Of a DNA stretch of 64,000 nt, positions 36,990 to 48,800 are shown in pieces. The notes below the pieces were generated by a model. That model was not told the origin of the DNA, made no database searches, and saw only the letters and a program-made list of their open reading frames with translations. Within the stretch, counting starts at the first letter, position 1. Each line of letters starts with the position of its first letter. Both the position numbers and the translations under genes were made by a program. Source of the DNA: Marsupella aquatica (lineage: Eukaryota; Plantae; Marchantiophyta); contig OZ316894.1 of the NCBI GenBank assembly GCA_973895155.1, forward strand, positions 25,170,709 through 25,234,708, given 5' to 3'.

Positions 36990-37252
36990 AGCCGACATAA
37001 TTTCAAAATTTTGTGTAAGGTAGTGACAAGCTATCTTTGAATTGCTTTCTCTATGGCAACAACTCAAGTATAGGATAATGGCTGACATAATTACAAAATT
37101 TTGTGCAAGCTAGTGACAAGCTATGGTTGAATTGCTTTCTCTACAACAACAACTCAAGTATAGGATAATGCACGTCTGGTATGAATTACTAGCCTGTGAG
37201 AAACTATGGTGTACTTGCTTTGTCTCAACAACAACTCAAGTACAGAATAATG
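36990..37252. repeat. Direct repeat (~90 bp, 2 copies plus a partial)
   Basis: gacataatt...caaaattttgtg...tagtgacaagctat...ttgaattgctttctcta...aacaactcaagtataggataatg occurs twice; a third aacaactcaagtacagaataatg is at ~37230. Confidence 0.8.
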
Positions 37253-39477
37253 GCAACCAGATAGTGAGAAAAACCTGACCTACGGAGGCAAATGTGAAGC
37301 TTTTCTGAGTTTTCTTGGAGCAAGTTTAAGGCTACAACCCCAGCGTAGACCTCCATTATGGTGCCTAATTGCTCTTTGGAAAAAAGTTTCTTCTGGGCAA
37401 GGGATTATGTGAATAGCAGGTACCTCCAAAAATGGTTACATACTTGCATTCCCTACAGAAGTTACAAAAATGAAGATAAGCGATGCCTTAGAGCCAACTC
37501 ACAAGTAGGAGCCCTTGGTCCTCAGCTCACAAAATGATCAACAAGATGTAGATAGTGTTTGAGAGGAGTAGCTGCTGCCCTGCAATGACATGACTACTTT
37601 GCTTTTGTCTTATTGAGAAATCAAAGGTCAGGTCCTCCAAGGCCTGGAAACTTTCCAGCCCTTGCCCTTGGAAGTCCACATCAATCTTGTGCCGTTAGGC
37701 CTGGCATGGAGGGGGTTAGGCGTCCATCTCTCGCTCACTTACATGCTGCCATGCGTCAGGTTGAGGGCCCAAACACATATGGTTGCTCACTGAGAGTTGG
37801 CTCGTAAGAAACCAGACCCATAATTCAAACCAGACCCATAATTCCTCAAAGAAACTCATTTTCTTCAAGAACATCCATGCTTACTTCAAGAAATCTATCC
37901 TAACCCAAGAAAGGGTCACCTAAACAACATAAATTAATTCGCAAGCATGGGAGAGTTATGTTGACATTAGCCTCAACTACCCGTTCTTTGAATGTGAGTA
38001 GAGGAGAGGACAATAAAATGTAACAAAATACATTCCCTCTTTTCATTCTTTAAATATTAATGAAATGATAAAAATAGAATCATTTGTGTCATACATACAT
38101 ACATAATATACCATCATGTCTATGCACATAATTATTCGTTATATGCACATATATTTTGGAGGGGCCCTAGAGTCACGGAATAGAGGCTTCACTCTAGAAG
38201 CCTAGACCTTGACTGTAGTTTCCCCTTTCAATTGCACTTTGTAAGATACAATGGAGGCAATGTCCCTCCACATGACATCCTTAGTTACTATCGACAAAAT
38301 TCCTTGTGTTTCTTCTTCTGAGCACTAGCAACACACATCACAAGAATTGTTCCTAGCAGCATGCATCAAAATTGAAGCAAAACCATACTACTCTCTCCTG
38401 GCCCTTGAGAGATCCATATGTGAGCCAATAATGTGTTATTTACTCTCGCACACCAAAGGCCTTCACCAATGGTGTGGCTGTTATGCATTCATCATCACCT
38501 CCAAGAACAACCTAGCTCCCTTATTCTGGGGTCCTGGCACCCCCTACAACTTTTGGCAGTGTATTTTGGGTGGAATTGGGACCGGACAGGCGCGTAAGAG
38601 AAGTGGAAGCTAGAGTATGAGCCATGGCAAATTTGCAAGTGTGACAACAATGTGGGAAAGAAGCGGTGTCAGGGCGAGTTTAGGGTTTAGGGAAGGTAAA
38701 ACACTTGGACTGAACGGCCAGGAGCAAGCTGACGTGGAGTGAAAAAAAGCACTTGAAAAACAATAATGTCAGGAGTGCATCAGCGTCCAGGGGTCGGTGT
38801 TGGTGCTTCTCATGCATTATCAAGCGAGGGAGAACATCAACTCCAAGCGTGAAGGGTGACCGTCGGGAGAGGAAGGGACCTTGTAGTCCAGGAAAGGGCT
38901 CAGCCCAGGAGGCCATCAGCCGAGTCAAGAGGGCTCAGCCCAAGAGGAGGATTGGGAGGGCAATAACTTTTATCCAAGCGAGGGCGGCGACGCTTAGTCA
39001 GGCTTGGTAGGAGGAGGGTTGGGAGGTCAGTAACTTTTAGTCTAAGCGAGGGCAGGGACGCCCAATAAGCGTCAAGCCCAGTGAGAGGGCTCGGCCCACA
39101 AGAGGGTCGGGAGGGCGGCATGCGCGTCGGCCCAAGAGGATGGGAGGGGTTGGCCCAAGAGGGAGTGGATCAGCCCAGGTAGGAGGAAGCACTTCGGCCT
39201 AAGAGGGAGGGAGCATGTCAGCCCATGATGGCAAGAATTCCGAGCATGTTAGAGGATCCAGGAGGGGGCCATGGGCATACTCGCCCATGATGGCAAGTAC
39301 TCGTCCTTGCAGGGATGGGAGGAGGCATTGAGTGGCAGGGGCAGGACTGACAGCCACAGGAGGGAGGGTGAATCATGCACAGTCGTGAGGAGGGATTTTT
39401 TTGGGTAAGGCCTAGGGTGTGGCAACCCGAAGGGCTTCAAGCCCAAGATTGGCGTCAAGGCCTGAGCCAGGCATTAG

Positions 39478-39826
39478 TGTTAAGGTTAAGTCTAGTCTTG
39501 GGTTAACTCCTAGTTACTTAGGCTAATCGTCATTAGAGTGTTAATGGTGATTAGCCATGACTCTTGCATCTAGCATATAGAGGGGCTAGGAAGAGCTCAT
39601 CTTGGAGACTCATGCTCATTGTTGGGGGAACTAGCTAGGTGCCAGGAGGAGAGCTTGTACAAGGAGACTTTGTGAGGCCATGGAGAGTGGCCAAAGCTGA
39701 GTAAACTAGGCTCTTGCATTCTGTGGATGCAGACTTGACAATGTGAACCACATATACCTTGTGTCAGTGTGTGCATGATTGTTGTTTGAATGTGCTCCTG
39801 GTTGTATTGTGTCATTTTTCCTAAGA
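39478..39826 (+). mobile_element. Solo LTR, older copy of the same family as 53422-53776
   Basis: Begins TGTTAAG and ends cctaaga (decayed ...AACA). Flanked by attag/gttag (5-bp TSD, one mismatch). Colinear with the reverse complement of 53422-53776, e.g. tctagcatatagaggggct and gactcatgctcattgttg. Confidence 0.8.
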
Positions 39827-40480
39827 GTTAGGCTACCCAAAGGCCTCAGGTCACCCAAAGATAGCGTGAGGAGGAGCGTGGTTGCCAAGGAGTGTGTCGC
39901 TGGTGCAAACAGAGCAGAACGCCTAGACAAAGGGCGTCTATCAAGGCCAGAATGATGTGGCCTTGGAGGGACTCGCTTGTGTGTGAACGGTTTTGATAAA
40001 GCTTAGTATGATCTAAATGGACATGTTTTGGTCCGATCTCGTCTCCCAGTTTGGAGCTTTTTGTTCTTTGGAGATACATACACTATTCCTCATAATTAGT
40101 GTGACTAACACTACCGCCTATTCCTAATTTGTAAGTAGACAATTATCAAATCAGGCGGGATAGCATATTATAGTAGGTAGATTTTGTCCTTGACTCTTTA
40201 CAAGTGCCAGGTGTCACTCTTAGATTTGTTTGTACCCATTAAAGACTTCTAACCAGTGAAAACATTACTAAAGTGACTCTTACTTCCTATTTGAAGTGTG
40301 ATGATCCTAAATGAGATTCCTGAGAACCTGCCTCCATTTGCAGCATTGTTTGGGAGGCCCCCAAAACTTGAGTTTTTCTTTGCTTTTACAATGACAATGA
40401 AACATTGACTTGCACATGACAAAGTTATTAAGTTAGAAGCATTAAAACAAGACAGTTTGTTAAAATGGAGTCTTTAAGTT

Positions 40481-40900
40481 ACACCTGCCCAAAATGCAAG
40501 AGGAAACACTTTTGAGCAAAAGATTACCATTTAGCTTAACAACACTTTTGTTAGGGAGTCTTTAAGTGACACCTGCGCAATGCCCAAAGAGGCATGGTTA
40601 TGTAGTAGCTCACTTGAGTAGAGAGGGATAGGTTTTGGGTTCAACTCAATTGTTGTAACTGACTATTCACTACTCCCATTCTGTGGGGTTTTACAGATTT
40701 CCCAAATTTAAAAAGAAAAATAACAAATGACACCTGCCCAAAATACAAGAGGAAACACACTTCACAGATTTCACATTAATTCAAAAGGAATATAAAAGTG
40801 ACACCTGCCCAAAATACAAGAGGAAGCACTCTTCACAGATTTCCCATTAGTTTAAAGTAAAAAATAAAATGACACCTGCCCAAAATAGAAGAGCAAACAC
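40481..40900. repeat. Degenerate repeat with core acacctgcccaaaatacaagaggaaacac (5 copies; ~70 bp period in the last three)
   Basis: Cores at ~40481, 40569, 40729, 40800 and 40871. Confidence 0.85.
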
Positions 40901-40919
40901 TCGTTGGGAGTTGGGACTT

Positions 40920-40991
40920 GTCTTGCTGGACAGTAGTAAGTTGGCCTGCCCTGTCACGTGTATCAACTGGATTCGATCCCCCGTCGGACCC
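40920..40991 (+). pseudogene. Decayed tRNA-Asp(GUC)-like sequence (tRNA pseudogene or SINE head)
   Basis: gtcttgctggacagtagtaagttggcctgccctgtcacgtgtatcaactggattcgatcccccgtcggacc keeps tRNA-Asp landmarks at correct spacing: D-loop AGTaGTAAGT, anticodon loop CTGTCAC (GTC 40953-40955), T-loop TTCGATCCCC. Stems are mostly mismatched. Confidence 0.5.
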
Positions 40992-41512
40992 CTTGCGCAG
41001 TCCGGATTAGTCACCGTCGAGAGGTTGAGGAGAGAATGATGCATTCCATTATTGCATGCTCCTTCAGTCAATACTCCATCGAGGCAGAGAGAGAGAGAGA
41101 GAGAGAGGAGAAGTGCTCTTCCTTTGGCAACCAGAGCGAGCTCGAGGAATTTGCATTGCGTGTGGATTGTGGAGATCCGGGCGATTGGATGCATTCGAGG
41201 AATTTGGGAGCTGGCTGAATTTCTGGAGGGAGGAGGAGAACAGAGCTGGATTTGTTTTTGCTCTGAATGGGTCGGATGACTGTGGAGTGAAATTTCCGTC
41301 CTCCGTGGTTCTCTGTCTCAGTTTCGTCGACGGTGGATGGTTTGTGGATTTTTTGGAGGATTTGCTCATTGCGCTTGGAGCAGTACGGAGCTGTTGGCTG
41401 TGAGGGGACGGACCGGAGTGTATGGGTTGTGGCGGTGTCTCTTGAGGAGAAGAAAAGAGTGTAGCGATTCGGGGTTGGGAGGCTTTTAGGGCATCGACTG
41501 AGGATCCCGGGG

Positions 41513-43691
41513 ATGGGTTCTCGAAGCGATTTCGATCACATTTTTAAGCTATTGTTGATTGGAGACTCTGGAGTGGGCAAGAGTAGTTTGCTGCTGCGCT
41601 TCACAACGGACACATTCGATGATCTTTCTCCCACGATTGGTATGATTCACGTTTGCTCGTTTGTCCATCTTGCATGCATAGCCTTTAATGGGAATGTGTG
41701 AGGATTAAGTCATCGGAGATTTGCAGAGGATTAGGTCATTGGCTGTGTGCTGGGTTAGCTGTCAAATGAATCAGGTTCGATTCGAGGCTCGACCTTTAAG
41801 GATGTGTATTGCCTGGAACGACGGCCATGAGATGGCGTCGTAAGTAAGATCTGTCGAAGAGAACATCTTTGAGTCGCTAGGCTCGTGACGCAAGTTTCTG
41901 TTGTGGACATGCAGAACTCGCAGACAGCTTCCAATTCCTGTAATTTTGCAATTCGGTTTTCCTGTTAAAAAATGGATATTTCACTTCGGATCTCGTTTAT
42001 GTGGAATGGCAGGTGTGGATTTCAAGCTGAAATTGCTGACTTTGGGCGGCAAACAGTTGAAACTGACAATTTGGGATACAGGTGAGCCAGCCATGAATTC
42101 CTTTTCCGTCGTTGTACTTCATTCAGCGGAAACGCCCGATGTACTGTTTGTGTTGGCCTATGTTTTAGACCAGATGCAAAAGCACAAATATAACTAAGGA
42201 GTCGTGTCTTACCTTGTCCCTCGTTGCAGCAAGTTGTCCACTCATACTTGATTGCTGCTTCGTGGTCATTATTATCAAGTGTTGCAATAGCTCAATCAAG
42301 TCTTCATGATCGTCCGCAATAGGATACATTAGTATCACTCTTCTTCATGTTGTATGTCCGTAAGGTTATTTCAAGTAATGGCCTTGCATATTAAATGACG
42401 TATTGTATCATTGATTAGGTCAGTGATCAGGAACTGGCTTTGATTTCCGAAGATTCTGACAGAGTAATGTGATAACTGGCAGCTGGACAAGAGCGATTCC
42501 GAACGTTGACAACCTCGTACTATCGGGGTGCCCAGGGCATTATATTGGGTACGTAGTTGCTGTGCAATTGGTTTTCTGTGTTAAAACCTAGGATTTTTCG
42601 CTAACAACGGGGCATGGAGTAGCAACCAGAATGGTGCCTGTCCCCTCTAAGCACGAAAGTGGAAGGATAAAAGCAATAATGTACTTCACCTGATGGGAAA
42701 AAAGTATTCCTCATAGTTGCTTGTTGCCTCTGAGCACCTGTTTTCCTCTTTGGGATCGTCAGGTGAGATGCTTAGAAATTGATCTTGAATAAATGAACCT
42801 GAATGTGCCTTTAGCCCTCAGATGATCGTGAGATAGAATAAGGGCGGATTTAATTGACTTTGATGAATCTGCGTGCAGTTTACGATGTCACACGACGTGA
42901 CACTTTTACCGATTTATCAGATATTTGGTTGAAAGAGGTGGATCTGTACTCGACCTATCCGGATTGTATAAAGATGCTCGTGGGCAATAAGGTGGACAGG
43001 GTATACGACTGAGACCTTCAACCTCTATATTTCTTCTATATGTCCTTCCTTCAAGCTTTTTATCTTTGCAGAAACTCTCATGGACGCTATTGACTGCCAG
43101 GAAAACTTCTTTATTTCTTCTCACTTGAAGAAATTTATCTTACTTCAGAGTTGGAATTGAATCCAGGAATCAGAGCGCATGGTATCCAAGCAAGAGGGCA
43201 TTGCAATGGCCCGGCAGTTTGGTTGTTTGTTTCTGGAATGTAGTGCCAAGACACGAGCAAACGTGCAGCTGTGCTTTGAAGAACTTGTTCACAAGGTATG
43301 GTGTAAATGATGTGCTTTGGTTATAAAAGATATGACTTGGAATCGTGCTCACCAAATATGACCTCTTGGTTCGAGATTTTTTGGGAAAATTCTGCTTTGT
43401 TCTGGTTCTTTCGTGAGAGTCCTTGATAGGATTTCTGCTCTGAGTGGGGTTCTCTTTTAGGATTTGGCTTTAGGAGTCATATTGGAGACACTAGCTCTTA
43501 ATTATGATGCCTTTAAGCTATAAATTAGGAATGGGCCAAGCATAGGCTAACTGTGCTACGTTGTTTGCCTGCAGATACTGGACACACCTAGCTTGCTAGT
43601 TGACACACAAGGGTTCAAGAAGAACTTGTTAAGACCTGAGGCTTCCAATTCACCTCAGCAACCTGCCGCGGCGGACGTTTGCTCATGTTAA
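41513..43691 (+). CDS. RAB18: Rab18/RabC small GTPase, 6 exons
   Basis: Exons 41513-41639, 42013-42081, 42483-42548, 42879-43000, 43167-43295, 43575-43691. Motifs [39 protein letters not shown] and C-terminal CSC prenylation signal. Confidence 0.95.
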
Positions 43692-45823
43692 TATTGTCTA
43701 GGATAGTTGTATAGGGGATGATAAAATGTCCTGCTCGTGACGATTTGAAAACGGGTGAAGGATATTCGCAACTCGCAATTGGTGAGAGTATATTTTGTTT
43801 CCAAACTTCTCATTATGGTGGTCAGGAAGACTCGGTGAGCTTACAGGCCTCACAAATTGTCACTAGAATAGCCCTGTAATTTTGTATTTTGAACACGGCC
43901 TGTACCTCTTTTAGGTCCTTTTGGGCAGCTTTAATACTGCTACCAAATTGAGAAGTTCATCATGTGAAATTGCATGCTTCAGGTTCTGCTAAATCGATTC
44001 TGTTGGAAGGATGATTCAACTCTCGTCAGGAAATCTCCTGTGGGTCATTTTGTACGCAATTCATTTGCGGAAAGAACATTGGGTTTTCCTGGAATGGAAA
44101 TGGTTTACTTGCATTCGGGTTTGCAATCTTTGAAGTATGTCAGTTTTCTAGCACTCGGAATTTTTGATCCAGAAACTCAGAAGCATTGCTATTATGTGAA
44201 ATGACAGCCTACTTCTCTGGGGCTCTTGAACAAGGTTGATTATTTCGGAGGTCGAAGTACGCAAGGAAACAAGATAATTGTATAGGTTTTATGTAATCGG
44301 TATGGCGAATAATAATTTTACGCTTACTTCACTTTGAAAACTTGTGTCTGTCTACATCTCTTGCTCTGAAGGAAGATGCACCGCAGCCAATTTGAAATTT
44401 GCCTCAGATTTGAATGGCCTGCAAGTGTTGCTCATTCATAGCAGCCCCTGTTGTCCTCAAGCGCATATCCACATTAGTTGGTTTCGCAATAACCAAGTTC
44501 GGGCCTATACCAGGCATGTCCTTTGCAATTTGACTAGTTTGCCGTATTACACTTGAGTTCGACTGGAATCTGTCCTCCAACCATAGACATTTCTGTTATC
44601 GTCTCGCCTTGGCAATCCTGACTATTAGAAATTGGTCATTTAGGAGCTGTAACATGATGGGGTCGTCCAGGTTGCAGGTGTAATCGTCGAAAGCAGAGGT
44701 TCACCCGGCTATGACCAAATTGTTGCCTTCTCTTCTTCATGGAGATCAAGACAGAAGTAATCATATAGATTTAGTTGAAATGGGCAGACTATTAAAGTAT
44801 GAAATGGTGAAAGGCCTACTATCAAACTGGCCATGCTCGACTCCGAGGTGGGTCCCATTTTGAGTCACAAAACAGGTTCCAGGCGCCACGAAGGGTTTGG
44901 TGATTGTCGAGTCTTGCGCGGATTCTCGCTGAAGATGCAAGTTTAGGCGACTTCTGCGACAGTCGTCAAGCTTCAAGTGGCAATTTGAGCTGAACGCAAT
45001 TGAATGTCTACAGAACGTGTCGCTTCAAAGAATTAGAATCGAGCGTTTTTCTCTCCATTCGTAAGAATATAATCGGCTCCTGCCTATGCAATTTCTACGC
45101 AACTACCGCATTCACCAACTGCTTTCACAACCTATTACAACGAGTGTTTAGCAACTCTAAATGGAGAAGATCTAGCAATCCTGTCAAAATGACATTCTAC
45201 GAGTTGCACACACAAAGCCAAGCTGGAATGAAAGTGGTCTGTGTCACATTTTTGGCATATAGCTGCGAGTTCCTTGTAAGAACCATGTTTTTCCACACAG
45301 AACGGGTGAATCAGTAACATTGGACGTGCAGCGGCCGAGGAATGGGGCAGGGAATAGAAACGACAAAAGAGAGAAATTCTCAAACAGAGTATACAAGTTG
45401 CATCCCAAGCACCAAGAGGGTTGCATGTACAACACAGTATGTGTATAGCAGGAACACAGGAAGGAATTACGCTATCTACTCCACGACTCTACATATTGGG
45501 ATCATTCTCGTTTATCCAAGGTTTTCTAGGAAATGTTGGACTTACAGTAGTTGAATTGGAAGAGTACCACATATTGTTTGCGAATACAAAGCAAATCACA
45601 GTCTAAGGACCATGAAATTTCCATAGACATGGTGAACAGGATTTGTTGTTCATTATGCGCTTGCCCTAAATATCAGAATCGGCTGACCATCATAACCTCA
45701 GGGCGAGAGAGACAAAGAGAGCGATAAATGGTGCATTGCTCCAGTTCACTATCTTAATGGACATGAATTTCCGGTGAAAACCTTCCTGGTCAGCAGTACG
45801 TCTAGTGGTCACCTGATTCCGCT

Positions 45824-48800
45824 ATGGTAGCCGAGGGTCTCCTACTCTGTGCAAACTCCCTGCGTGGAATTCCCATACAAATGTTCGGGTGTTGTGGCAT
45901 CACGACGCTGCTCTTTTCACAGCAGTCCATTAGTATTAATACCTCTAACTTTTGGTTCACTTCATTCTCCAGAAAGAAGGGCAGCTGTGTATTGCGGAAG
46001 CCATTTCTCTCGAGACCCATCTCGGCCACCGTCTCACGGAAAGTTTCGCTGAGTCCTCCCGGTAGCACCTCTACTATGGAAGACGAAGATACAGAGGTTG
46101 GTGACTTGCAGCGGAAAATCCCTCTGCCGGAGGTGTTTCTGTCCTTTCTGAAACAAAATGGTATTGATCCTGCAGTGTATGACGCCGCACGAGATCTGCC
46201 TCGTTACATCAGGTACAAAAACTCACACTCGTGCACTACCAGATTATCACTTTTGTGGGCAGAGAGACTGAATACCTCACTCAATGAGGTTTCAAGAGAG
46301 TTCGAATGACCTGGAACAATCGGAGGACGAGGCCTATATCGAAGAAACGCGTGTTTTTATTCATTTTTGATGCTGTTTATCCAACTGAATCTCTCATACA
46401 CAATGCACACGGGTTTAGAACTTCGCACATCGGTTGCTCTCTCATGGTGGAGAAAATAATTTGCGATCACACGGTCCATCTCAAGGGAAACCTAATCTTA
46501 TAGATTTAGGCTGGACTCTTGCTTCCTACATGTTGGCCTTACGTTCCCACCTCTCCTTGATCTCCATCCCCCAGTGCAACTTCTTCCGCTTCTTCTTCGG
46601 GGGAGGAACGACTGGGGTTTTGACTGGAACAACTACTATCCCAGAAAGGCTTTTCTCCGTCGTGAGAGGCTCTATGCTAAGAAGTCTCTCTCCACCAGCA
46701 GCTTCACTTGGGTGGGAGAATGATCCCTCTCCAGCTTTCCCTGTCTCGGCATTAACTGCAAAGATATGCCTCTGTTCGCTCCCAAACTTCGCAGCCATCT
46801 GGGTGGTAGTCGTATCGCCCTCTACGGTGGGGTGGTCCTGCTGCTGCTCACTCGCGCCGTCTGCCGCCTCTGGATGCAAAACATTACTCTTTTTCCCTTT
46901 CTTCCTCTTCTTCTTCCGTGAGTTGGCAACATCTTGAGCTTTCTGCAGCTGCAGACGCCTTTCTCGCAGCTCCTCGAGCTTACGCTGCTGCTCCAGAGTC
47001 AAACCTTTGCTCCTCTTCTGGTGGTCACTTCCTTGCGCTGCTAGGTCAGATAGGTCCATACTGGTTTGAATGACTGACTCAATCCTGACGACATTGGCCA
47101 GATGGAAATTTATTCCGACTCACTCGTAGTGCACTCCTCAAATAGACTCCTCCGCTGAATCACAGTATCTCGATAGACACAACAACATGACAAAACTCTT
47201 GACTTCTCCTTGGCTCAAAATGAATGTTCGTGAGTTGATTGCCTCTTGTGGAAGCACCCTTTGGCAAATTGACCTCCCAGCCCCTTGCTGCGATGTCTGT
47301 ACTGCGATTTTTGTGAATAGCAGACTATCACTGTTAGTACTTTACGGGGTAGGGAGACGAAGATATGTTCCTTTAGTGCGCACCAAGACGAGGTGGGAAC
47401 CAAGAGGTACCTCTCCTTGAGGCAAAGCCAGAGAAAAAGTCTACTGGGGAAAGAAATTTCGTATACTGGAAAAGCAAAGGAAGGGAGCTTTATGCCCCCA
47501 AAATGGAAAATCGCGAACCTGCAATAAAGGGTTCGGATGCTATGATAATCACCTTCGCCCCCCAGCGACGATTAACGTAGAGGTGTATGCTATGCTGCTG
47601 TATCCTCTGCCGTAAATTGCAAGTTGAGGTCCTTCTGTTGGAGGGGAGTTGGGTCAGAGAGCTGTCCATATTACATCCAGGTGGTTAGCAGGGGATGACA
47701 AAATAAGGCCCAGCGAAAGGAAAGGTACGGAATTGTGAAAACAGTTTTTATACAGAGGGACCTGAATGGGTTCTTTGGAAGGCAATTGAATCCATAGCTA
47801 GTTCATGTCCGAAAGGAGTTGTGGATAGAATTTTAGTGGCCACATGACCTCATTGCGAACTGAAGACCTAAAGGGAAAGAATGTATCTGGCTTCAAAAGC
47901 AGTCCAAGTGTGGTTTTAATCAACACTGGGCCTCACTGTGGCAGTGAACGCATCTTCCTGCATTCCATCACGTTGTTATTTGATATGTTTAATATCTGTT
48001 CATCTCCGTTGCCTCACGATGTCCTCATCCAGCCAAATTGATATGGTAATTTGGAGGCCAGTGACTCCCCACCCTTTGCAATGCGAGAGCCAGAGACTGT
48101 TTGAATTGTAGAGTAGATCTGGTGGTCCCAATCGGTCTTGCATTGGTAGTAATTTGTGGTTTCGTGTCGATTGCAGACTAAAACCAAAGATTCAAAGTGA
48201 ATTATCGGAAATAGAATTGGAACTCGGAGTAAAACTATCTCCGCTGTCATGGCTCCCTGGCTTTTACAGCATTCCGCCGGAAGTTCAAATCGCAGGGACG
48301 AATTCATACCAGGAAGGAAAGGTGTTGTGATTCGCTGCCCCAAATGTTGATCTCTCAACATCTGCATAAAGAGCCTTTTAATTAAATTTCATCGTGTGAT
48401 AATGCTCATATACTTCCATCACTTGACTCTTCAGGCGACGATCATGACACCTGCCCCATCCTCTGCCTTTGGTCTGACGAGAATTGGTGAATTTTCCCAG
48501 ATCTATGGAATGGATGCCGCTTCTGGTGCTGCAGTGGAAGCTTTGGATATAGGTCCGGGTGATCATGTCCTTGATCTCTGCGCTGCCCCAGGTTTACCTT
48601 CTTCAACACCGCCTGTCGATTGGAGAAAACCTGAAAAGTACTATGCTTCAAAAGGATGCGTAATTCATTTTATCGTATGACTGATAGACAGATTGCTTAA
48701 ACGAAGACACTGGATGCATTCGGTGGCGTGATCTTGCAGGTGCAAAGCTGTGCATGATGGCAGACCTCCTGAAAGATTCTGGAACTTTAACAGCTACAGA

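Noticed and set aside
38678-38692. TTTAGGG x2 as interstitial telomere (also near 35064)
   Set aside because: Only one or two units; such telo-box-length matches are common in plant DNA.
40590-40650. A-box/B-box-like motifs (ggttcaactc) as a tRNA or SINE
   Set aside because: No cloverleaf or anticodon landmarks; the match is too short.
46434-46937. 167 aa plus-strand ORF
   Set aside because: Antisense shadow of the nested minus-strand gene; no recognisable motifs.
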